From the human T2T-CHM13v2.0 reference genome, Homo sapiens, in NCBI RefSeq assembly GCF_009914755.1, contig NC_060933.1: a DNA stretch of 64,000 bases. One strand, 5' to 3'. A program made the position numbers and the translations under genes. Position 1 is the first letter of the stretch, and every line of letters starts with the position of its first letter. The notes beneath the pieces were generated by a model, which made no database searches, was not told the origin of the DNA, and saw nothing but the letters and a program-made list of their open reading frames with translations. Below are positions 37,711 to 51,680 of this stretch, one piece after another.

Positions 37711-39227
37711 CACCAAATTTAAGAACGCCCTTTCAGGCAAGCAGTGGTCTCTAGCTGTTAAAACATTTCCTTAGTGGATCACAATAGCTTCTAAAACTGC
37801 CTTTCTAGTAAAGGCCATCAGAGAGGTAATACTAAACTGTGCATTTGCCAAATAAGAATATGAATTGTATAAAAGCTCATATTCCAATCCTAGATCAAAT
37901 GGCAAAAGTTCTACAAAGTTGGTTTCCATGTTTGTATAAAAGCTCCGACTGATTTTATGTATTTTGCTATGAAATTACCTTTGGGTCTTATAATCAGTAT
38001 ACCTCTACTCAGGAATGTGCAAATGATTTTATACAGCACGACGCTAGTACCGCTCTGTATGACAGTAAGGTTTTTTTTTTTTCTTCTTTTCTAAATGGAA
38101 AGAAAATATCCCTAGTCAGAAATAAACTGACAAATTTACATTCTCCTCTCTTAAAAAAGTAAATAAAATAACATTATTCAAAACGTGAATTAGCTATAGA
38201 CATACAATACAATTACATAGATACATATCAATACAGCACATTCAATCTGCCAAAAAATTAATGATTACAAAGCCAGTATGGATGCTGCAATATCAAGAGA
38301 GATGTATGTACAATGATTAGAGCATTTGTAATTGCACTATACCTACAGGCAGTCTGTTTGTTAAATTACAGGTACTTTCTGAGCAAGGGAAAAAAAAAGT
38401 AAGCTGTGTTGTTTGAGGCTGGGAGAATCAAGGATGAGAACATCTCATTACTGTTGGGCGGCTTTGGTACTCATTTAACAGGCCGTGATTTTTCTCCCTC
38501 CCCCTTTGTTGTTCCAAAAGAGTGATTTATATGGAAGTTTACACTAGTGCCAAATACCACTGTAGTTAAAATGAGACCAGTATCATGGCCTAATTCTAAC
38601 GTCCCAGCAGCTTTGAACAATCATGATTTATTTTCTTAAATCAAATTTCAACTCAAGCTGCTTGACAGAAGCTTGTCAATACATGTGCTGTATTTTTTTT
38701 GCATTTGTTGAAAAATTGCACATATAGAATTCCAAACATTTCTCCTGGTAGGTTCAGTTACACAAATACATGTTCTATAGAACACTGAGAGGTTACTTTT
38801 GAGTTAAGTCCACAAATCTTCCATAAGTTCAACCTAATCAGTTACCAGTTCAAGAAGATCATGAAGGTGGTAAACTAGCAGGAACTTCAGATTTTGGAAA
38901 TTAAAGGTGTCGGAATAATACTACCAACCAATGTTCCTGGCAGACTTCATTGAACTTAAAGAACCACTGAGAGTAAAACTGGTTTCAAATAAAGAGACAT
39001 AAACAGATTTCCTGTTAAACCACACAGGATACTTTTTACATTGCCGGTTTGGACACTGAACATGGGACGTGAACACTAACAATGTCATCTTAAGGACAAA
39101 GAAAAGAATGGACCGTGAGAATCAAATTTCTAGTTACAACTGTTTGGCAAATGGCATTTCTGGTTCATTCTCAGCCAGTCATTTTAGGCTTCACAGTCTT
39201 ACTCTCTTACATTTTAAGATACCAGCT

Positions 39228-39257
39228 TTTATTTTTTAAGTTCGTATTCATTTTATT
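39228..39257 (-). terminator. Tandem proximal polyadenylation signals (two AATAAA) ~1 kb after the stop
   Basis: Plus-strand tttatt at 39252-39257 and 39228-39233. Confidence 0.6.
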
Positions 39258-40276
39258 TGACAAAAAGCCAGCTTTGGCAACACATACCCATAATAAAAGT
39301 CATTTTAAAATCGTGGCCCAAACACCAAGAAAAAAAAGAAAGGAAAAGCTTGAACAACAACAACAAAAAAATTAAGAACAACCTATAAAAAGGTTCTGGG
39401 TAGCAGCCATTAGGGTAATGTAGTGTCTGTTGGCATCTTTTTTGGCATCTGCAATTGAAAGAGAGGGTAAGAAAAAGAAGCAAAGAAGGGAGGAAAGACA
39501 GTGGCACGTGGCATTTCAAAAGAAAGGACTCCTGTGTGTCTTTGATCCTGCCTTCTGCATATTTCTCTGAGCAATCAAGCTATGGCTGAAGGTAAACATC
39601 TAAAAGAAATGACACTTAACTTTTAGATGGGCATCCACTGTCCCAGTCCAAAGTGAGACAAGACAGTATATTCTATTAAAAAAGAAACTATGTGTGTATC
39701 CAAAGCAACACATTTAAAACCGTAAGTATTAATACATATAATCCTTCAGCAAAAACTACAAACTTAAATTAAGCTGATGATGGCTTAAATCGAACGATGT
39801 GTCCTGACTGTATCATTTGAGAGAAAAACTTGACCAAGAATGGAACTAGGATAAAGGCCATTGTAACCTGGGAAAAACATCAGGAGGGAGGTATGAATTA
39901 GCGGGGGAAGAAAAAAGGGAAATCAGCTTTGTTTTGCTCCATAGAAAAGAAAAAGAGAGAGAGACAGAAAGAAACAAGTCTTATCTTTGTGAGTGCATGA
40001 CTGAGAATTTAAAATACACTGAGTCACAAGGTTTTGCCTAAAAAAAAGATAGAGAGGAAATGTGCTGGGACTGTACTTCAGCATCCTCTGTTTTTCCTCT
40101 GAATAGTTTAAATAAAATCATAATATTTACTACAAACTCTGTGGACACGCTCACACAGAGTCCAGGACGGCAATAAATTAGTATTATGCAAATTGTTTTC
40201 CACAGAAATACAGTCCCTCTTGTGTATCTTCAATAGCCCACCAGGGAAGGGCAGGGCGGGTGTCTAGGAGGCACAA

Positions 40277-40498
<222 letters not shown>

Positions 40499-41092
40499 TT
40501 ACCTAATCTGCTAATGTATTCAATCATCATTGGTTCAATAAATACTGTGTCATTGCTCATGAAGCCTACATCTGCACTGCAGATTTGATCTGTTATAATC
40601 ATTTTCCCTAACACTGCTATGTCTGACCATCCATCCACCCACCCAGGCACCCACCCATTCACAAAATGTGGATAGGTGAAAGCAGACAGATGACTTGAAA
40701 GCCAAGGCTAAGTTTATTTCTTAGCTTGGCCTTCACTCTGATTCCCTGAGTGATTGGGAGCCACTGTAGGCTCTTCATCAGGGGAGTGATAGCTTACTTC
40801 TGTTCAACTGAGTTAAGTATGCTTGTTTCAGCTATATAATAAGTGTGCACAAAGATACAGCTGCCTCGGGCTCTCCTGTCAATCTGTCCTCCAAACGACC
40901 CAATATTATGGATCATTTTACATCTTCCAGACTGACATCTCTCTTAGAACACCTGTTTGTAAGGTCAGGTCTATCTACAATGGGCCTCTGTAACAGTCTC
41001 ACTTCCATAGATTTCTGGTATTTCTGAGCACACTACATTTGTGTAGCATTCAGTTCATGTGTGATGATAAAACAATTGGTTTATATTTTCTT

Positions 41093-41390
41093 TTCTTTTT
41101 TTTTTTTTGAGATGGAGTCTCATTCTGTTGCCCAGGTAAGAGTGCAGTGATAAGATCTCAGCTCACTGCAACCTCTGCCTCCCAGGTTCAAGCGATTCTC
41201 TTGCCTCAGCCTCCTGAGCAGCTGGGATTACTGGTGCCTGCCATCATGCTTGGCTAATTTTTATATTTTTAGTAGAGACAAGGTTTTGCCATGTTGGCCA
41301 GGCTGTTCTCAAACTCCTAATCTCAGGTGATCCACCCGCCTTGGCCTCCCAAAGTGCTGGGATTACAGGTGTGAGCCACTGTGCCCAACC
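41093..41390 (-). mobile_element. AluS
   Basis: TSD tatattttctt. Confidence 0.9.
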
Positions 41391-41607
41391 TATATTTTCT
41401 TACATTGATTTAAGAAGGAGTCTCTTATGTACCAAGAATTGTCCTAGATGCTTTGAAAAAGGATTGTGACATATCTAGCAAGATAAACTAAAAATGTAAT
41501 TTTGCAATGGATTCTTAGATATGACACCACAGCACAGGTCATATTTTTCACAAAAGAAAAAATAAATTGGACTTCATCAAAATTAAAAACTTTATGTATC
41601 TAAGGAC

Positions 41608-41895
41608 TTTTTTTTTTTTTTTTTTTGAGACAGGGTCTTGCTCTGCTACCCAGGCTACAGTGTAGTGGAATGATCATGGCTCACTGCAGCCTCAACCTTC
41701 TGGGTTCAAGTGATCCTCTTGCCTCAGCCTCCTGAATAGCTGAAACTATAGGTGCCACCAAGCCTGGCTAATTTTTAAACTTTTTGTAAAGATGGGGGTA
41801 TCACTATGTTGTCTTGAACTTCTGGCCTCAAGCAGTCCTCCCACTTCAGCCTCCCAAAGTGCTGGGATTATAAGCATGAGCTACCACACCTGGCC
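41608..41895 (-). mobile_element. AluJ
   Basis: J-type tcatggctcactgcagcctcaacc. Confidence 0.85.
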
Positions 41896-42381
41896 AAGGC
41901 CATTATTAAGAAAGTGAAAAGCCAATCTATAGAATGGGAGAAAATATTTACAAATCATGTCATCTGATAGGCGTTTAGTGTCCAGAATATATAAAGAGCT
42001 CCTACAATTCAATAACAAAAAACCCAATTAAAAAATAGGCAAAAGACTTGAACAGACATTTTTCTAAAGAAGATATACAAATGGTCAATAAGCACAGGAA
42101 AAGATGCTCAATAATGGTAATCATTTAGAAAAATGCATATCAAAACCACAGTGACAGACCTCTCCACATCTACTAGCATGGCTATAAAATTAACAAGGGT
42201 TTGGGAAAATATGGAGAGATTTGTACTCTTGTGCACTGTTGGGAATGTACAAAGGTGCAGCTGCTGTGAAAACAGTTTGGTGGTTCCTCAAAAAGCTAAA
42301 CATAGAATAACCATATGACCGACCCTGCTAGTCTACTCCAATGTATATATCTAAAGGAATTGAGAGCAGGGGCTCTGATAG

Positions 42382-42415
42382 ACACTTGATCTTAGTCAAA
42401 AGGGCAAGAAGCAAT
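42382..42415 (-). pseudogene. U2 snRNA 5' fragment (nt 1-34) retrocopy
   Basis: Reverse complement ATTGCTTCTTGCCCTTTTGACTAAGATCAAGTGT vs U2 ATCGCTTCTCGGCCTTTTGGCTAAGATCAAGTGT: 30/34 identical, two mismatches are CpG decay. Confidence 0.85.
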
Positions 42416-43026
42416 GTACATCAATTTTAATAGCAGCATTGTTAACAACAGCTAAAAGGCGAAAACAATCCAAGTGTCCATCAACAGATACATGGAGAAA
42501 CAAAACCAAACCAAACAGAATATCAGAATATCAGAAACAAAAAGAATATTATTCAGCCATAAAAAAGAGTAAAGCTCTGACAGATGCTGTAATATGCATG
42601 AACTGTGAGAACATTATAATAAATAAACCCAACATAAAATAACAAATATTGTATGCTTGCACACATATGACGTACTTAGAATTGGTAAACTCATAAAGAC
42701 AGAAAGTAGATTAGAGGTTTCCAAGGGTTAGGGGGAGGAAGGAAATGGGGTGTTGCTGCTTAATTGGGGTGGTGAAAATATTTTGAAAATACTGGTGATG
42801 GCTGCACAGTATTGTGAGTGTAATTAATGCCTTTTATGAATTGTGCACTTAAAAATGTTAAAATGGCAAATTTTATAATTAAAAAAAGTACTATATCAAA
42901 ACCCACTGAATTGTACACTTTAAATAAGTGAATTACATGGTATATAAATAATCTCAATAAAGCTGTTTTAAAAGTGTATTTAATAGGTACCGATAGATAT
43001 ATTAACTTAAAACTTACTGTAAATAA

Positions 43027-43524
<498 letters not shown>

Positions 43525-45815
43525 TGACCACCATTTCTAACAAAATGCACCCTGAGCTTCAGACAGCTGACTTGAATTATTCTCAAACCAACCTTTTTAT
43601 AAATTGGAGATTACTCCAATAAACTTATATCTGATAATGCCAGAAGATGGGAGGAAAGAATTATAAAAACAAATAGACTATCCTCATTTGTACAATTTAA
43701 AAAAGTAATGTTGAATTTTTGATGTAGGTGCCCAGAATTCAATTTTTTTAATGACTAAGAGGGCTGGCATCATATTTAATAGATAAAAAGTACAATTAAA
43801 AACAATATGTAAAGTATATATACAAGCAAATATATATATAATTAAAGTTCCATCTTTTTCAATGTACTATTAACTCCAGAGAAGTAATAAAAACTATTCA
43901 AAACCAGAAAGTAACAGATTACCAGAGCTGGAGAAGTCTCTCATTTCATAAAAAGAACATTATATTTCTGGCTTCTGAATGAACTTCTGTATGATTTTGT
44001 ACTTACTCTATTTGGGAAGGAAGGGACTATACCTTTTTTTTTTCTTTTTTATTTACCCTACAGAATATAAGAACTAGATCCAAGTTCACTGAAGTGTACT
44101 TGAAAAGTGTTATGTTTTTAAGCATAAATTGTTATCTGAATAAACATACACTACAAAGAACTCATTACAGCCATCACAGCAGGAGCAGAATTCCACAGTC
44201 TCTATGAACAATCTTGCAATTCAAGTCCATGTGGAAAGGGTAATTTCCTTTCTTGAAGAGAAATACAGAAATGGCATTCATTATGATTAAGACCTTGTAA
44301 GTATAGAAATGTGGAAGTGTGAAATTTATAATACTATAAACATGCTTATTACAAAAACATCACTGCAGAGTGGGCCTCAATTTTTTCAGTGTTTGCTCAT
44401 CTTACAAGGGCTTGGAGTTTCATGTAATGACTGCTGCGCTGGCTTTGTAATAACAAAATCAATGTCTTTTTTCTTTTTCTGTGGCCAAGTTTCCTCTGTG
44501 CATTATATGTATACTGGGGTAAGGTAACAGTAAAAAAAAAAAAAAAAAAAAAAAAAGTCTTCAGATTTCAGAATATTCACAATGGGCACATGCTGGAAGG
44601 AAAATGCTTGTAGTGGTGGGGAATCTGGGGAAATTATTGGAGAAAGGAGGTACGTGAAGAGATTAGGAAGATGGTGCAGAGATCAAAAAACAGCACTGCA
44701 AGCACTGATCACAAACTAAGTCTTTTATTGCGGAAAAATCAGCAACTGTGAAGTGTGGCTAGGTATGCTGCATCTGAGAAGTTTGAATGAACCCCTCAGA
44801 AGGGTTCACCTCCGTGGGCACCATGCTCTATCTGTTCTGCATCCTCCCTTATGCAAGCACATCATGAAAACGTGCCAGCCCACAAGATGGGGTGTTGTGT
44901 ATGGTGTGGCAATTTCTCACACGCTGATTCTTACCAAGTTCCAAGAAAAATTAAGAAGAACCTCGAGTGTGTGTGTGTGTGTGGCAGGCAAGCGTGTTTA
45001 GATCTAAGCCAGATGTTTCATGCCTACTGTATTCAGGTAGATGTGTTTGAAGCTTGAGGTGGGAAAGCAAGTTAACTACCCACACAGTCACTTCCTTCCA
45101 TAGTTTTCTGAGCAACACTGAGAAGTGCAGTCTCAGGCATTGATGATTTGTTTCCGGGCTAGTGCAAATTAAAAGGAGTGAAAGAGAAAACACTGTTTAG
45201 ACTGAGAAAGTGTTTTTCAAAGAACAGCAAAGCACAAAGGAAAATGTACTTGAAGAGAGGATATGAACACAATGCTAACAAAAGGTACCATTTCTAACAT
45301 CTGGTGACATCCACAAATGTTTATATTTTCAATTCACCAACCTTCAGGATCTTACATGTATTTGAGAAGGGAACTTCAATTCATTTAACATGTAACATTT
45401 CCCTTTCATGAGCCAGGACTGTACCACATTCCATGTGGGATGAAAAGATGACTAAACCTCCATCCCTGATGTGTTTGTATCATCATAGAAAGCTATGAAG
45501 CTAAATTTAATCTTGGTTTTTAAAGTAATTACTTTTCTGAGGAAGCTTTTAGTAAGTACAAAAACACTGTGGAATGATATCCATCCTGGATATCATATGT
45601 TGACAATGTAATTTTAAAAATAGTCTCTTCTCTTGTTGTTATATCACCTCTATGGTAGATACTTTTGGGTTTCTGCTATGTGATATACGTATGATTCCAT
45701 TCAATTCTTTCTTGCCCAGGGATAAACTGAGTAGCTAAATAAATTTGTCTGAGGCAACACAGACAGTGAGTGGCAAAGTGGAACTTTTCAGAGCTTGTGC
45801 TCTTAACTATCTAGA

Positions 45816-46002
45816 CCACGGCTTGGCAAACTTTCTCTGTAAAGGGCCACAGAGTAATTTAGGCTTTGCAAACAATTCTATCTCTGTCACAATTATCCAA
45901 TTCTGCTGTTATGGTGTGAAAGCAGCCATAGACAGTGTATAATGAATGGGTGTGGCTATGTCTCAATAAAACTTTATTCATAAAACCAGGTGGTGGGCCA
46001 TA
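45816..46002. mobile_element. MER58A (hAT-Charlie)
   Basis: ggcaaactttctctgtaaagggcca...caataaaactttatt. Confidence 0.8.
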
Positions 46003-46037
46003 AGGGAGAGATGTGATTATCTTGCCAAATAAATAAA

Positions 46038-46279
<242 letters not shown>

Positions 46280-46921
46280 TAGGGCAGCAGTCGTGACTCT
46301 CACTTGTTTTACATAGTGGCTACATGTGGATGCATTTTGTTACCAATCACCAAGTGTTCAAGTGTTTCTCAGAATGGGTTGGGTGTCTAGTTGTCCAGGA
46401 TTTCACAGTCTAGTTGGGGAGGGTAAGATCCTTTTCTAAGAACAAAGCAAATAATGCAGAGCCATAGGAGTAGTGAAGTGGATGCTATAGATTCTAAGTG
46501 CTGCACAAAGAGCTTAACACTGGGTTACTATTAGTAATGGTGGTGGGACTTCATTGGGCTATGAAGTTTCAAAAAAGGAAGTATTTCCTGAGTATTCATA
46601 AGTGTCCTACGTGTCAGGCATCATGCTAAACGTACACATATGTTATATACTACAGTGCACAAAACAATCCTATGAGTTTGGTCGTAAGGCCCAGAAAAAT
46701 CAAGTGACTTGATGGTAGTTCTACAAATAGGAAGTGTCAGAACTGGGATCTCAACCTTGATAGACTGATTTCAGTGGTGGGCTCTTAACTTCAAAATTGT
46801 GTTCCTCCCCAGAGAGAGGAGAGGCAGAGGTGGACGGTAACCAAATGAAAGGGAGACACAGAGGGGACTATAAGAGTTAATACACAATTGGTCAAAACTA
46901 CTGGATTGTTCCTTTTTCTGA

Positions 46922-47241
<320 letters not shown>

Positions 47242-47424
47242 ATGAGTTTCTTTTTCTATGACTTTTAGCATTGTTAAGGAATGCAATGTTTTGTGTCACT
47301 AAAAGACAGGGCAAACAAGAATTCCTACTGTATCAGTTTCAACACGCAGGCTGCACAGGGCAAGGGCAGCAATGGTGCACTGTAGTGCGTTAACTCCCAC
47401 ACTGGGGTTTGGAGACAAAACCTA

Positions 47425-47664
<240 letters not shown>

Positions 47665-50111
47665 TTACTTAATTTGTGAATTGTGTTTATTTTATAAGTC
47701 CAACCCATCTTTTGTATACGACCAGTTTTTGTAGCCCTGTGTTGGATTTGTCAGGATTTATATGCAAATGATTCATGACACACATTGGCTGTTTTCATTA
47801 TGCAAACTCTCAGGCTGACAAGCAGAAGAGAGTAATAATAATAAAAATCAGCTAAAATAGCTCTTACGGTTGAAAGAGAAAATAATTGAAAGCCTAGAGA
47901 ATCATGTTGTGAATCTGGAACACTGTCATAAATTCCCATCAAAAATCATTCATTAATGACTAAATATTTGAGATCTGAACTAAGGACTAGATATGGCTTC
48001 ATTTTGTATTTCTTAAGCTATATTTATTTGGGGCCTCACAATTTATTCTAAGCAATCAAAACAGTTACTTCTTTGTCAAAAGCATATCTATATTTCTAGA
48101 TGTTTTCTAGAGTTATTACTCTACACACACACATACACACACCCTTTATAAACACATGGAAAATGTTGTAAGATCAAACATTTCCTGTTCATGAGTGCAT
48201 GCTTTCTCCCTATGTTTCACTATACTATTAATATAGAATTGTGAAGACACACATAGTAATTATGTGGAGATAAAAATGTAATATTTCTCACTTTCAGCAT
48301 CTGTGAGTAAGTGTTCTCACCTGAAGCTACACTTTCAAGCCTACCTTGGTAACAGAAACCCTAAATGGATTCTGAAGAAAATTAGTCAGCTTGCTACTAT
48401 AAATGAAGATGCTATTTGAGGCTGTTCCTGAGTTAAATCATTCCTCTGAAAAAAAAAACATATCAGCCAAAAACTAGAGGGCCTCAGAGCTTCTTTCGTC
48501 TCTCCTTACCATTCTTTCTCCCATAGACTCACCTCTCTAAATCATTCCTACACTTGGGTTACAGATGAAGGCAGCAGATTTGGGAATTCTCCTTCCCATG
48601 AGGAGATAAAAGCCAGGATGTATGGGCATGCTTCATCCTGCACACACTTTCCAACCTCCCTTCTTAGTTCTCCATGTTATGACTGGGTTTGTGGCAATGG
48701 AAAGGGCTGCCTGGGATTGTGCCCACCTCTGCTGCTACGGGGTGGTTTGGTGGCGTACACCAGAGCATCCTAGTTTCCTGCCATGTGAGCTGGCTTGGGG
48801 CTGGGCTCTGATCCAGGCCCCAAATCACCTGGAGCTTCCCTTCCCTCATTTATGGTAATTAGTTTAGCCAAGCAATTCAACTAGGCCAATTAACTTGAGC
48901 ACTTTTGCTGGGAACTCTGGAACAGAGAACCTTGCTTTCATGCAGAGTGTGGAAAAGGAATCATGGAGCTTTTAGCAGCCATCTTGAAAAGTGAGTGAAA
49001 AACAAATTGGGTCCTGCTCACCTGGTTTTTAACCTCTTGCTCCAACCAGGGCTAAGCTTGGTCATGCCTTTAGATTTGTCAGGAACATCAGTCAAAAGAA
49101 CCTTTTGTTTTTTCAACTAGTTGGGGCTGTACTTTTCTGGTTTTTATTATACAAAATACTCTCAGTTGGTAAACCTGGATATATCCTCCCTCCAAACTTA
49201 TACAAGGAAGTGAATGAGAATGACTGAATAGACTGGCTATGAACACCTTCTGCTCAGCTTTTGCCTGCCTGCGGTAGGATGCTCCTGGAATTTCACAGTG
49301 AAGAGTTACAAAGGCCATGTATTGCTCCTCTGCATAACCCTTAACTGGTGTTCTGGAAACCTCCAGGGAACTCAGCTTTTACCAAGTACAATAATCTGGA
49401 TCCTGAATATGTCTTCTTTTTTTCTTCTGTAAAGTGTGCCAATTCAAATCAAGTCATAAGGCACACTTTTCCAAAGCAGATCTTTGCCAAATCAGCCAAA
49501 AGTCCATTGTCCCCAATCTCTTCAACCTGTTAATTTTGTGCCAACAATTGCATAGATAATTAAAATTAATAAAATATGCGGGCTGATATAATGAAAGATA
49601 ACTTCATAGCTCAAAAGACAGTGTTTATCTCACTGCATACATTTCTCTTTTATATAAATGACAGCACAGACTTTAACATACCTTTATTGTCTATAGGCCT
49701 TTTACTAGTTCTCATAGCCAGTGATAAGATTTTAAGCCCTGGAAATAACACTGAGAAATGATATCTTGTAGCTTGAGATTTTATAGGCTGAATGTTTCAG
49801 GACTGAAGACAAAGGCTTTAATAAGAACTGAAATAATTAAAAAAAAATTTAAAGAAAGTTAATTAGATAGTGACATCCCTGATGGGAGAGTGGTGTTTTT
49901 CTTTTTAACCCCTTACTTATAACTAGAGAAATTCTAGAAAGTCATGCTGTGGTCTTCAGAGGAGCCCCATCTAAAGAGGTATGTTCACCTGGGCATCAAC
50001 CCAGCAAGTCTCTATTAGAAAGCCTTATTATATTTAGCATTCTTGAGAAGGGGCGTGATGGGCTCCAAGGGAAGGGGTCCTAGTAGAGCCTTTTCTGGCT
50101 GGAGACTTTCA

Positions 50112-50183
50112 AGGGGAAGTGACTAGACTATGTGCAGAGACAGGGAGGGGAAGTGACTAGACTACGCGCAGAGACAGGGAGGG
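50112..50183. repeat. 34-bp tandem duplication
   Basis: aggggaagtgactagacta(tgtg/cgcg)cagagacaggg twice. Confidence 0.9.
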
Positions 50184-50504
50184 TGAGCCTGACTTTGCAT
50201 TGATATAGAAGAAGGTGTACCATGTCTCTCTGATTAACAATTTCCAGACTGGACTGGAGCCCGACTGAGCCCAGCATTGTGTTCCAGAGACAACTTGCCC
50301 AGGGTGCTGCCCATCTGCACCCAGTACTGCTGCACTGGGGCTGCTCTGGAGGCAGGTCCTGCTGAAGCTCACCCATGCATGCAGTCTGGGGCTGCTCAAG
50401 GACATACCTCCATTCACCAGGTGCCATGTGGACTGAAGCCTGCGCTTCTAGCTCAGGGGAAAGCTAAAATGGGCAGATGACTGGCAGATGAGATCAACTT
50501 TCAA

Positions 50505-50695
50505 CCAGGCCTGCCAAATTGAATCTCTGAGGGGACACTCCAGGAATCGGCTTCTTACAAGCCCTCCAGGTGATTTGAATGCACACTCAACTTTGTGAAG
50601 CACTGTTAGTGTAGCTATGAATCACATGGGGTCGTCTTAAAACAAGGCTTCTACTTCAGCATGGGGTGGAGCCCGAGGGTCTGCATTTCTAACAA
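50505..50695. mobile_element. MER5-family fragments
   Basis: gaatctctg...acaagccctccaggtgatt..aatgcacact; ctgcatttctaacaag. Confidence 0.6.
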
Positions 50696-51269
50696 GACCG
50701 CATTGAGCTGGAAGGTACAGAAAGCTTGCCAAGCCCAGGACAACAAGGGAGGTGATGCTCTATCCCATTTTCATGATAAGAAGTGCAAGTCAAAACATAC
50801 AGCCGAGAGTTTGATTCTGTGCAGACTTCTTTTTTTCCCCCCAATTAAGATTCTTTATGCTATGCTATATGATGTTTTCCATAGTAAAAATTCCTTATGC
50901 CTTTATTTTTCCTTTATGGAAGAACAGTTACAAACCGACATGCTCTGTTATCAAGCCCCGGACTAAATCCTAAATGGACTAAATGAGATTTTCACAATGA
51001 CTCATAAGGTAGTGGAACGTGCAGAGTGTGAGGCATAATCCACTTTGCTCAGTAAAAATTGAAATCTATGAGGGAACAGCACGTCCCAGGAGACTTTGTG
51101 GCACCTGCTTTGCAGTAATCTGCCAGAGCATGACGTTTCAAGAGGGATCAATGTACGAGCCACGTGTATGACCCATAATATAAAACAAGGAGGTTTTGTT
51201 TACTCTGAAGACAGGTTTAAAGGCAGTCTGGGGGGTGGTGGTAATCACGCCCTCTTTTTGGGGTTTTGA

Positions 51270-51680
<411 letters not shown>

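Larger units (their letters stand above)
35063..40276 (-). other. GNAQ: GNAQ long 3'UTR (~5.2 kb)
   Basis: Continuous AT-rich, essentially Alu/L1-free stretch after the stop codon, ending just past an AATAAA at 35079-35084. The exact end is inferred. Confidence 0.75.
41490..42973 (+). mobile_element. Old L1M (MB/MC-like) ORF2 end and 3'UTR, interrupted by AluJ 41608-41895
   Basis: ggacttcatcaaaattaaaaact, agaatgggagaaaatattt; ends atctcaataaagctg. Confidence 0.8.

Noticed and set aside
39115-39375. Antisense ORF with hydrophobic N-terminus and basic C-terminus (ATG 39151) in the GNAQ 3'UTR
   Set aside because: The composition follows from T-rich and A-rich UTR tracts; no promoter, splice or homology support visible. 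Ribo-seq would be needed.
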